A stretch of DNA of 49,067 nt, taken from the NCBI RefSeq assembly GCF_001194135.2, contig NC_068987.1, positions 62,039,757 to 62,088,823 on the forward strand. The letters are read 5' to 3'. The stretch comes from Octopus bimaculoides. Lineage: Eukaryota. The position numbers were made by a program, and so were the translations under genes. The notes under the pieces are model-generated. The model saw nothing but the letters and a program-made list of their open reading frames with translations, was not told the origin of the DNA and did no database searches. This document shows, one piece after another, positions 36,413 through 47,689 of the stretch. Numbering within the stretch: position 1 is the stretch's first letter; every line of letters begins with the position of its first letter.

Positions 36413-36467
36413 TTCAATAATCACTGTTCCCCTTCTCCTCCTTGTTGAAATGTTGACATTAGAAATG
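36413..36467 (+). CDS. Candidate 55-nt internal exon
   Basis: TTTATTTTGTCTCATTTTGCTCAG| ... ATG|GTAAGC. Only the phase-2 frame is open (SIITVPLLLLVEMLTLEM). Confidence 0.35.
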
Positions 36468-36480
36468 GTAAGCAGTTTAA

Positions 36481-36702
36481 CCCTTTAGGATTTAAACCAG
36501 CCATATCTGGCCAAAATATTCAACTTGTTTCATGTTCAAGTTGTCCAGATCTAGCCTCTCACACTGGCACTGCAATATCATTCTAAAAATTAATAGTTAA
36601 TTACCATCAAAATCTCAAAGATACAAGATAAAGCATGATTAATTCAAAGCTAAGTGAATAGATTTGGTTTACTTTCAATAGAATAATGTGAATATTAAAG
36701 GG
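36481..36702 (+). mobile_element. piggyBac-type MITE
   Basis: TTAA|CCCTTTAG ... ATTAAAGGG|TTAA: TTAA TSD and CCCTTT TIRs. Confidence 0.85.
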
Positions 36703-36872
36703 TTAAAAAGACAAAAAAAAAAAAAAACGCCCAGTATTTTCAAAAATCAAATGAAAAAACAACTGCAAAAGAAATGTTTTAAAATGTCATTTGTTATTGA
36801 TTGAATTTCTCATTTGAACATTTCAGGTGAATTTCATTGAGTAATGTTTCCCTTCACTAATTTACTGTTTAG

Positions 36873-37081
36873 AATACATGATTATAAAAGACAAACTTAT
36901 AGGCCAAACTTGCACAACATACAACTACACAACAGCTTATGATGTGAATTTAGCTGTAACGTTTACTTCGAAAAGGGTAGTAAATAAAAAAAGGCCCATA
37001 ACAGTTGAGTGCCAGACAAAATGCCTTAAACCTTTTAGTTTTGTTTCTTTTGGTTCCAAATTCATATCTCATGGGGATTGA
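36873..37081 (+). CDS. Candidate exon, product unknown
   Basis: Branch-like CACTAAT and TTTACTGTTTAG|. Phase-1 frame is open for 69 codons (EYMIIKDKLIGQTCTTYNYTTAYDVNLAVTFTSKR...). Possible donor AGG|GTAGTA after 36976. Confidence 0.3.
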
Positions 37082-38069
37082 GTTTGTTTTTTCATCCATC
37101 CAGAGTTACTAAACTAACCAACAGCAATATAATGGGAGCTATTCAATTGATTATATTACCTTCCTTTCTCAGATTGATGTGGTGCCTGTCCGACAAATTA
37201 GTGGTTATTTGCAATAAATAGATAAAAGTCATGGGTTACATGTCAAAAATATTAGAGAAAGAAGGAAGGTATTATATATGTGTGTGTGTGAATGCAGAAT
37301 CAAGACTCAAAATTGAAAGCTTCCCATCTATCCCATTTTCATTATTCTTCATTAGAAATTTCAATAATTAAAAATATATAAAATATTAATTTTTTTTTTT
37401 AAATCATCTGTAACCTGCCATACTTTTTATTAAATCAGTATAACCTCTCTTATGCAAGTCAGTTTTAGATATTTGGTAACAAGCAAATAGTGCATGCATT
37501 GAGAGTAAAACACTTCATGGTTTTTATTAAATAAATTAATTAAACCTTTCACTGATGAGAATCCGGGTAGATTAACAATTGTAATAATTTGCTTCGTGAT
37601 TAGATGCTCTCAGTAACTTGTGTTTTGATCCCAAATAGTCATCAGAGAAAGGATGAGTATATTAGGAAACAAGCAATTGTTTTCTATAGACTAGTATCAT
37701 GGTGATTTGGTTTGGGAAGGAAACAGACAATGTATTTATTTTGGATTCCACCATATATTGTGATAGGTTGTTCATTGGAAGAAGACTGTGTGACATTTAT
37801 GCTAGTTTGTCAGTTGGTTAAGCAATAGTTCTTAGATAATATATTATAATGTAAACAACTAAAAAAACCATGCATAGATGTTCAAAAAAGACAAGTTCTC
37901 TTCTATAGAAAGTACATTTTTTTTTTTTACAAAAAACATTAAATATTTGTAGTTAGAGTTTAGATATGAGAAATGGCTTAAAGAATTTGTTAAATATAAT
38001 GTAGATATGCATTAACATCTCCATTTGGGTTCAAAATCAACGTGGAAACATACTGACATAATTCAACAA

Positions 38070-38293
38070 AAAAGATATTAGGTTTAACATTTAAACCAGC
38101 CATATCTGGCCCAAATACCCTACCTGTTTTATGTTCAAACCAGCCAGATCCAGCTTCTCACACCTACCCAACAATGTCATTTTAAAAATAAACAATCATA
38201 TCATCAAAATCTCAAAGCTACAAGAATACGTGCTTATTTCAAATGTGAATTAATAAGCATTACATTTGACTGAGTAATCTGAATTCTGAAAGG
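38070..38293 (+). mobile_element. piggyBac-type MITE (left end decayed)
   Basis: Interior matches 36481. Right end GAAAGG|TTAA. Confidence 0.7.
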
Positions 38294-39371
38294 TTAATTG
38301 AGAATTTCACCTATACACTCTATTCAGAAATATTTAACTGAAGAAATTTACAAATATTATGTTATATATGAAATATACATTTTTTAATAGTTAAATAATG
38401 TTTTGATATCATAAAACTGCACTTCACCCTTAACTTCCCTCTGTTTTTTCTTTCTTTGGTGAATATTTTAAGTTTATTGCTCAATTTTAGAAAAACTTAA
38501 CTTTTCACCAACAACTATTACATTAAATTTTTATAAATATGGAAGTATATATATATATATATATGAATATGAAAGTATATATATATTTTTTTTTAATATT
38601 TGTTTATTTCTTTCAGTTGTTTGAATATTAGAAGATAATTGTGAGATAATTAGGGCAGTAGATTAGCAAAAGTGGTTAAGACATTAGTCTTTACTCTCTT
38701 TACAGTCTCAGTTAAAATTCTGCTTTTAGCTGGCTAGGTTTAACAACATAAACACTAGAAACATGCTGACTATATCTTCCATATATACACAAATTGACTC
38801 TCTGACTAACCAACAGAAATTAAAATTAGTATGAATAATATCAAAATAAATAATCACTGAGAAACAAATATTATCTTTTAAATTCTTTTTAAAGATAACT
38901 TTGGATTCTACTATCGGAGTAGCTTAAACATATAAGCTAAAGTTATGGATTTCTTTTATATTATAAACTCTAGATAATGAATAAATATAATTTTATTATT
39001 ATTAATATTTTCATTTAAAGTACTAATGTGATAATTTCATAATTAGCATCTAAATGCTAATAAAAGATGAACGTCTTTTTTTTTTTTATTATTGGTGAAA
39101 TAAAAAAATTGAAGTGTGTCCACTGGTTTCATCTCTCACTTTACTGCAATCCACAGTAAAAAGAAGACATTGAGGAAAATTGAAGATGTTATATTTTTAT
39201 TCAAAATTTGTAAAGCTTTGTAATTCAATTGTAATAATACTAACAATTTTTAATGTCTTTTTTTTTTTTTTTTGTATTTAAAATATAATTAGAAATGAAA
39301 GTTTCAATAAAATGTGTTGTGAAAACCTATTGCTTTCTTTGATATTCTTTTCATGAAATTAAACAACTTAA

Positions 39372-39674
39372 TCCTTTAACATTTAAACCAGCCATATATA
39401 GATGTTTTCAATCTAGTTTGGATTCTTTGCCACCAAATTTGAATTCTTTGCAATCAAATTTGATTGCAAAGAATCCAAACTAAATCAAAAACATCTATAT
39501 TTTACCTGTTCTATGTTCAAACTGACTGGGTCTGGCCTCTCACACCTACCCTATAATAACATTCAAGAAGGTAAGTCATCGCATCAAAATCTCAGTGAGA
39601 TAATGCATGATTAATCCAAAACAATATGAATAAAAAAGCATTACTTTAAACTTAGTAATCTGAATGCTAAAAGG
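39372..39674 (+). mobile_element. piggyBac-type MITE carrying a palindromic insert
   Basis: TTAA|TCCTTTAAC ... CTAAAAGG|TTAA. Interior matches 36481 apart from the insert. Confidence 0.8.
39396..39500. repeat. 105-bp palindrome with a 32-bp perfect core
   Basis: ATTCTTTGCAATCAAATTTGATTGCAAAGAAT (39443-39474) is its own reverse complement. Outer arms are ATATAGATGTTTT..TAGTTTGGATTCTTTGC / GCAAAGAATCCAAACTA..AAAACATCTATAT. Confidence 0.9.
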
Positions 39675-40699
39675 TTAATCAACTGTGGTTAAGACTCATC
39701 ATTTGGTAATAGATAATTGAACATTTCTGCATAGGTTGTTACCCTTCTGCCATAATTAGGATTACAGAGATACACAGTCTCAGATCAAATCACTTGCCAG
39801 GGAAGTGATTCAATCTGAGACTGTGCATTGAAACTAAAACAACTGCAGTGTGGAAGACACATGTTAGCCATTCAGAAACACACAAAGATTGTTAACTTCA
39901 CTTAAACATTTATTATTTGTAATATGGTGTCAAAATTTTCATCACTTGAAACTGTGACTTTATCACTGACACCATTACACTGCATAGTGAGGATGTTCAA
40001 ATAAATCAACAATGATTTAAAAAATAAATAAAATCAGAAATGCAGTATGAAATACCTCATGAGTTAGACAGTTTAAGCTAAGATTTTGCTTCTTAACTGG
40101 TATATTTTGGAGTTATTGTTAAAGCCAATTACTTTTATTCTAATTTTTGAAAGTATGAACATAGCTGGTGTAAGTTACAGAAATTCTAAACATTCCAGAA
40201 GAGCATCATGTAAACAGATAACTGATATTACAGTTGCTGTTATTGTGTTTGCAGCATCTCAGAGTTCAGCATTACAGACCAATGAATCATTCGCAAGTGT
40301 TTTCTTGGCCCACAGAAAGTGTACTCCTCTCTGGGGGTTTATACTTTAGCTCACATACACAGTAACGTTTGGAACATTAAGATGATGCAACCAGTTAGTT
40401 GGCTTAATACCTTCAACCAGCTGATTTCTGTTCTGAAAGACTTCTAGATAATTCATTAATAGCTGTGTTCATCTTAACTTTATCTTAAGACATGTCTTAA
40501 AATATATGATAAAACTTACAAGTCTCTTCATAAAGACAATAGTGAGTGTGTTGAGTGGAGATCTATCTCCTTCTCTAATTCAGTTGTTGATTATGCTAAA
40601 CTTAGTTAAGGATGGTTCTGGTTGATACAATGTGTTTATATCTCTCCTTATGATGGATGGGAATGCTACATACTAATATGTGGTGTTTTACATGTCAGT

Positions 40700-42560
40700 A
40701 ATACCATATCTGCTCTTTTGTACAATCCACTCTCCTTGTTATTTATCTCTCTCACTGGGTTGTAGCAACAAGAAATTTCCTCACCTCTTTGAATTAATCT
40801 GCTGTCTCTGTCATACTCTGAACACTTCCAACTATGATAGTTTCATAATCATCATTCCCACAGAGAAAACTTCCAATTATACAACTTGCTTTGCATCCAT
40901 CTCCACTATACACATTTGACTAAACCTTTTTACTACACAAGTCTCACTACTATGTTTGCATACATTGTCAAGTCTTTTCAAACAAATAAAGCCACTATCC
41001 CTTTCATAACCTTAAATACCATGCTTCAGAGCCGCCCATTATCTTTGCCAAACTCTTTAATCATTCCCTATAGGGGATCATCTCAATCTTTAAAAATAGG
41101 CTACAATGTCGTTCCATCCCCCAGATGACATCTCTGCTGATCCTGTTAACTATCAACCAATCACGCTCATTCCAACATGTTTAAGGTGATAGAAGCAGCC
41201 ATTGACAATTATCTTCTCCAACACCTTAACCCTTTTGGTTCATAAGACTAACCGGGCCGTTATTTAAATGTATATTTGAACCCAAATTTCGTTAGTACAT
41301 TTGTTCAAACACCTGATTTCACTTTGCAAACAGTTGAGTTATTGTCTCTGACATTATTTGGCGTGATATTTGAACTCAGTGAATTTTGGAAGATTTTTTT
41401 CCACATTTTTTGCGGCGTTAATTTTTTTCAACTTTGAAGATGGAGAGGAGTTTCGTGCTATCAAGCAGTGATTCCGAATTTGAAGGTTTTCAACAGAAGA
41501 TATCGAGATATCGAAGAAAAGAATGAATGAGCTACAAAAGTACGTGGTGAACGATAATGAATCGGATATTTCTGTATCCGAAACTGAAAGCAGCGACTGC
41601 GACAGCGAGGATGATTTTACACCAGAAAAAGATTTTTAAAATNNNNNNNNNNNNNNNNNNNNNNNNNNNNNNNNNNNNNNNNNNNNNNNNNNNNNNNNNN
41701 NNNNNNNNNNNNNNNNNNNNNNNNNNNNNNNNNNNNNNNNNNNNNNNNNNNNNNNNNNNNNNNNNNNNNNNNNNNNNNNNNNNNNNNNNNNNNNNNNNNN
41801 NNNNNNNNNNNNNNNNNNNNNNNNNNNNNNNNNNNNNNNNNNNNNNNNNNNNNNNNNNNNNNNNNNNNNNNNNNNNNNNNNNNNNNNNNNNNNNNNNNNN
41901 NNNNNNNNNNNNNNNNNNNNNNNNNNNNNNNNNNNNNNNNNNNNNNNNNNNNNNNNNNNNNNNNNNNNNNNNNNNNNNNNNNNNNNNNNNNNNNNNNNNN
42001 NNNNNNNNNNTATATTTCCAGTATTATGAACGAGTACGATTCGTGAAGCTGAACCAATATTTACATGTAAGAGACACTAGCAGTACCCCCCCCCACCCAG
42101 TACGTGGAGAACTTAGAGACAAAAATTATGCAATAGAATTGATTAAGAACCCTTTCTTTAATTATGTTCCAAATATCACATTAATATGTTGATAAATAAC
42201 CTAGTTACAGGTGTTTAATGAGACTAGTCTAAATTCATGATTATTTTAGAATTTAATTGAAACTCATGAGGGGTGTATTTTGGCCAGAAATATAGTAACG
42301 AAAGGGTTAAACCTCTCTTCTATATCACTGCCAGAATGGTATTAGTCACGTGCTCTTCTATGTCACTCACCTGTAGTCTTTTGTCCTTGTGAAATTCATT
42401 GAAAACAATGTCACTGCACTTGATACCAAAATATTAACCTTTGTCTTTTACCGGCTTGTCTCATTATAAAGATTTAGTCAAAAGTCATCTCTTACTCGCA
42501 AACAAATATCAAACTTGATAGATTAATTCCCAAATTCTTGAAGGGCTGCTAATAATTGCT
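40700..42560 (+). pseudogene. Decayed CR1/Jockey-group LINE reverse-transcriptase fragment, split by a piggyBac element
   Basis: LKYHASEPPIIFAKLFNHSL / DPVNYQPITLIPT / KVIEAAIDNYLLQHL before 41229. LLYHCQNG..VLFYVTHL*S..VTALD after 42307. These match the RT domain 0-2 pattern LK.CA.EL...L..LF..DP.NYRPI.L..K.FE..Q.GF..VALD. Confidence 0.75.
41230..42306 (+). mobile_element. piggyBac-derived element (internally deleted; contains a 368-N gap)
   Basis: TTAA|CCCTTT ... AAAGGG|TTAA. The interior encodes an acidic piggyBac-like N-terminus, SSDSEFEGF/STEDIEISKKR..NESDISVSETESSDCDSEDD (one frameshift). CpG-rich. Confidence 0.85.
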
Positions 42561-43539
42561 GCTGTTTGTTTTCTTTCTTTTACAGAGGGTAATTTCAAGG
42601 AATTAACAATATATTATGTATAACATTCAGAATATCGACCTTTAACTTTATTATCCAAATTAATACCATTGGTTTAATTTAATTATCTCCATTAGCTCAT
42701 TTTATAGATTTTATTCTTTTTTATGTTTTAGTGATGTGACCGTGGCCATACTGAGGCACTACCTTGTTAAATTTATTTCAACCATTTAAAATATTTCAAG
42801 TTTTCACCACATTATTTTCAAAAATTGTAGTTTGATATAGTTTTGCATGCTGATGACAAAAATCACATTCATTTTTTCCCCCCTAAAAATTAATAATAAA
42901 GAAGTTACAAGTATTTAAAGTTATGGAAATGATAACCAATCAAAAATCCCCATTGCTGGCATATCAGAAGTTGCAACTATCTATTGTCATGGAGATGAAC
43001 ATACACAATGTATTTTACTTTTAATCTATATTATAAAGCTCAACGTTTGTGTGTCTACATCTATAGGACGAAAGGGAATAGAAAATACATAAAAATAAAG
43101 TATGTGTTCTCATGTAAAATTTTATGAGAAAGATGATGAGCTACATAAAATTTACTTTCCAATGTGATTAGGGGGCGTAAAAGGGGGCAAACACCCTCTG
43201 TGAAATTTCAGATACCTCTGATTCCAATGAAAATAACAACATAATTACTAGGTACTAAATAAAGACGATTTCCAAAATTTCACCATCTTACAATATTATT
43301 TAACCACCTTAATGGGGTTTATAACATGGGACAGAGCCCCTTTGAAAGTGTAATTACATTCACATATATGTATATATATATATATATATATAAATATTAT
43401 TATAAGATCTGGTAATTAGTCATATATTAATATATTAATTAATATCAATTAATTATCAGGGGGCCAGCACATTTAAAGAATCAAAGAGATTCAGAAATAT
43501 TATCTGCAATCTCAGGGGATTAAGGTACATTTTAAAAAA

Positions 43540-44602
43540 TAACGTCGACCACTAACGTGGACAATTAATGCGCNNNNNNNNNNNNNNNNNNNNNNNNNNN
43601 NNNNNNNNNNNNNNNNNNNNNNNNNNNNNNNNNNNNNNNNNNNNNNNNNNNNNNNNNNNNNNNNNNNNNNNNNNNNNNNNNNNNNNNNNNNNNNNNNNNN
43701 NNNNNNNNNNNNNNNNNNNNNNNNNNNNNNNNNNNNNNNNNNNNNNNNNNNNNNNNNNNNNNNNNNNNNNNNNNNNNNNNNNNNNNNNNNNNNNNNNNNN
43801 NNNNNNNNNNNNNNNNNNNNNNNNNNNNNNNNNNNNNNNNNNNNNNNNNNNNNNNNNNNNNNNNNNNNNNNNNNNNNNNNNNNNNNNNNNNNNNNNNNNN
43901 NNNNNNNNNNNNNNNNNNNNNNNNGAAGAAGTGCGTGCGAAGCTTGGGGAGTCGAAGACCGAAAAGAAATAGCAACCGGACACACGTGACCAGCGAGGGG
44001 TAGGGAGAAAGAGTAGCAGAGGAAGAAGAAGGGGAGGAAGTAGAATATAAGTGAGCAACGAGAGGTAGAGAGATAGTAGTAGTGACGGTGAGAGGCGAAG
44101 GACGAGCAACGAGAGATAGAGAGAGAGAGAGATAGTAGTGACAGGGAGAGGCGAAGAACAGTAGAGGGAAGAATGAGTGGGGGAGATAGATATAGAGAGA
44201 GTCGCATTAGAAAAATAGTTCAAAACTTACTGTGTTAAGATAACGCGTGCGTTCGATCGTGTGATACAAACAATATATGCATATATATGTACATGTATGT
44301 ACATACCTTCATCTACATGTACATATAAATACATATCTGGGTACATGACGTTGCAAAAGAACATGGACAAAATGATAAACAAGGTACAAAAAACAAGCAG
44401 GCCACATAGAGAACATATCCTTCAGCTGTCACCATTAAAACACCGGCGTTTCAAAGAATTAGGGCAGGACGCATCGTTAAAATGGCTCTTCCCACGAACA
44501 CAAGTTAAATTTTTTTCGTGGAGGATAGTGGCGGATGGAAAACGAAAAGGTGAAATAAACAAACAAAAAGGCTGTACAGCCAGACGTGGAGAAGTGTGAT
44601 AT
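43540..44602. promoter_or_regulatory. CpG-rich, promoter-like region
   Basis: About 30 CpGs by hand count in 43925-44602, against a CpG-poor background. Contains CACGTGAC (E-box), ACGCGT, AAAATGGC (YY1-like) and GA-rich tracts. Flanked by gaps. Confidence 0.45.
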
Positions 44603-45559
44603 NNNNNNNNNNNNNNNNNNNNNNNNNNNNNNNNNNNNNNNNNNNNNNNNNNNNNNNNNNNNNNNNNNNNNNNNNNNNNNNNNNNNNNNNNNNNNNNNNN
44701 NNNNNNNNNNNNNNNNNNNNNNNNNNNNNNNNNNNNNNNNNNNNNNNNNNNNNNNNNNNNNNNNNNNNNNNNNNNNNNNNNNNNNNNNNNNNNNNNNNNN
44801 NNNNNNNNNNNNNNNNNNNNNNNNNNNNNNNNNNNNNNNNNNNNNNNNNNNNNNNNNNNNNNNNNNNNNNNNNNNNNNNNNNNNNNNNNNNNNNNNNNNN
44901 NNNNNNNNNNNNNNNNNNNNNNNNNNNNNNNNNNNNNNNNNNNNNNNNNNNNNNNNNNNNNNNNNNNNNNNNNNNNNNNNNNNNNNNNNNNNNNNNNNNN
45001 NNNNNNNNNNNNNNNNNNNNNNNNNNNNNNNNNNNNNNNNNNNNNNNNNNNNNNNNNNNNNNNNNNNNNNNNNNNNNNNNNNNNNNNNNNNNNNNNNNNN
45101 NNNNNNNNNNNNNNNNNNNNNNNNNNNNNNNNNNNNNNNNNNNNNNNNNNNNNNNNNNNNNNNNNNNNNNNNNNNNNNNNNNNNNNNNNNNNNNNNNNNN
45201 NNNNNNNNNNNNNNNNNNNNNNNNNNNNNNNNNNNNNNNNNNNNNNNNNNNNNNNNNNNNNNNATTCCTTGACGGCTGGTTACTGAAGATGATTTGCCAA
45301 GTAAATTACTTTATTTACTAAAAAATCAGAAACCTATAAGTCTAACCGTTAAAAATAAGGTAAAAGTTTTTATTTTCTCTTCCTTTTGAAATGTTTTACT
45401 TTGTGGTTTTCGGTCATTTATGACTGCCTTCTAGCGTGTAGAAGTTACCTGTTATGGGTAATTTCTCTTATATTTTATATGGAATATGTTGTCTATTGAC
45501 TTTTTTACATGCTAGGCCACTGGTAGTATAACTCTGTATAGTTTTGCTACCCTTTTTGT

Positions 45560-45755
45560 AGATACCCACACCATCACTTTACCGATGTTGCTGTGTTTAC
45601 ATCCCCATAACTTAGCTGTTTGCAAAACACACCGGTAGAATAAGTACTATGCTTACAAAGAATAAATCCTGTTGTCAATTTCTTCAACTAAAGGTGGTGC
45701 TCCAGCATGGCTACAAGCAAGTATGACCACATGACTGAAGCAAGTAAAACAATAA
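45560..45755 (+). mobile_element. 3' half of a family-B SINE
   Basis: GTGTTTACATCCCCATAACTTAGC..GGTGGTGCTCCAGCATGGC..ATGACTGAAGCAAGTAAAAC. Confidence 0.75.
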
Positions 45756-47181
45756 AAAAGTATGCCATTTTAATCCCAAGCAAAGCCAGGTGTCTCTGCT
45801 AGTTATATAAATAACCAAACTTAAAAAAATAAATCAAAACAACTCCCCGTCAATGCTGTCATGGAAAATGAACGTGTTGCATAAATTTTATTTATTCTCT
45901 TATTCAATGTTAAAATCTGTTTTTATATTTCATTTGGAAATGTGTATGATAAAATACCAGACTTGTGCATTAAGATATTTAGTTTGCTCTCTTACAGTTT
46001 AAGGCTCAAAACTGCCAAAACCATCTCAGCCTTTAATTCCACCAGGTTCAATACAATAACTACCAGTTATATACTGTGGTTACCTCAACTCACTACGAAA
46101 TATAATCTTCAACCAATTCAAAAGAAATCAATATTTTTACACACACACACCCATCAGTTTTCATAACTTCTTATCATCAAACAACAATGATATTTTATGT
46201 TTTCTTTTTTTAAATATATTTTTCATATAATAAAAAAAAAATCAGTTTAATCCTTTAAATCATTTAAATCACTTTGGACTTAATCCACGGAATTTTCTGT
46301 GCTCATATTCCGTATAAGAAGATTTGGAATTGTAAATGAATGCTTTTAAAGTGTCTTTAGAAAAGCTTTCTGGTAAACAACAGTCAGATGCCTCTGGAAC
46401 TATACTTCTGTTTGGCTGAAATATAATACTTTCAAAATTAATATAAACTAAACTAAAATAATAAATTATTCATTTCTTTTTTAAATATAAATTATAATTT
46501 ACCAACAAAATTCAGTAATATATCTTTCATTATAATTTTTAACACACAAATGTATAGTAAACAAAAACTGTGAGAAAACTGAGACACAAATAAAAGGATC
46601 TAATGCTTTATCAACACTACAGCTCAGTAATTGTTCTATGAGACATGCTTCATCTTTGAAAGAGATCTAAGATGTGTTGTTTTTGTAGTGTGGCCTGTTT
46701 TATCAGGAGCAATATTTGATAAGGCCTAGTGCTATAAAGAGATCATCTATGACTGCCATAGTTTCAGTTCATGACCCGCAATGAAGATGACCAAAATGAA
46801 CTCAGTCAGATCATTACAGTTATTGTTCTTTTGCTGTTGTGTTAGGTGTTGGGAGGATTGGGTAACCTAGTAAAATGTTTGATCTGAATGACATTTGAGG
46901 CTGTATAATTCTCTTATGTGCTTTTTTATGTATGGGAAAGGGAGGTTGAGCATGGAATGGAAGGGACTGTGTAGGTCACAGTATGCTACAGCAACACACT
47001 CTGCTCCTTTCCCATGCAGAAAGACCATTTTATCAATTTAGATAATTTTGTTTTGCTATTATAGCAGGTATAACCTAGGTGCAGTCTGGGATGAAGCAAC
47101 ATATGCTATTTTATATTATAATTTGCTGCACAAAAGATTGAGAATTCAAACAGGACTGATCCTGTAATATATAGTTTGCAG

Positions 47182-47236
47182 TTTCAAGATTTTATATTAG
47201 AGTATTTACCAAATGTGCTGCTTCAAAGTGTTCCAG
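47182..47236 (+). CDS. Candidate 55-nt internal exon
   Basis: CTGAT..AGTTTGCAG| ... CAG|GTATGT (strong donor). Phase-0 frame reads FQDFILEYLPNVLLQSVP; the phase-1 frame is also open. Confidence 0.35.
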
Positions 47237-47689
47237 GTATGTTTGTGTGCCTTATTTTGCTTTCTTTATAAGTAAGTTCCCTGGATAGTACTGTCCTAGA
47301 GTTCTTGGACTCGTAAACAGTTTCCATGATGTACAAGTGATAAAGATCACAACACTCCCACCACCAAACAGGATGCCAGTCTATTGAAGAGTTATTCATT
47401 TACAGTTGAGTATTCAACTTTTCCAAGGATTCTGAAAATTGTCACATGTGCCATGGTGTATTGTGTAATTTTCCTTGTGCACTAAATATCAAATGAATAC
47501 CACCATATGAGTTATTCTGATTTATAAACAAACTGGTACATGAATATACTGATAAGATAGCATGTGTATGATTCTAACTGTATGAAATTTGTATGAAACC
47601 AAACTTAAATCTAAATTGCAGTTCTTCACTTGTATATTTTCTATAGAATTTTAACCCAAAAATTATTTCAGAGCAAAGTTTTAAAAAAT

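Larger units (their letters stand above)
5033..45263. other. Assembly gaps at 5033-5977, 7835-7951, 29016-29235, 30525-31271, 34290-34372, 41643-42010, 43574-43924 and 44603-45263
   Basis: N-runs. Four abut (TA)n/(GT)n tracts; the others have unique or TE flanks. Confidence 0.98.

Noticed and set aside
40200-40340. Minus-strand stretch with DALLECLEF, faintly hAT-like
   Set aside because: A single weak motif with an in-frame stop; insufficient.
43150-43350. Possible MITE with GGGG/CCCC ends
   Set aside because: No convincing TIR or TSD.
46755-46835. Minus-strand EFILVIFIAGHE resembling a cytochrome P450 I-helix
   Set aside because: The conserved Thr pair (AGxETT) is missing, the frame is closed on both sides, and no other P450 exons were found.
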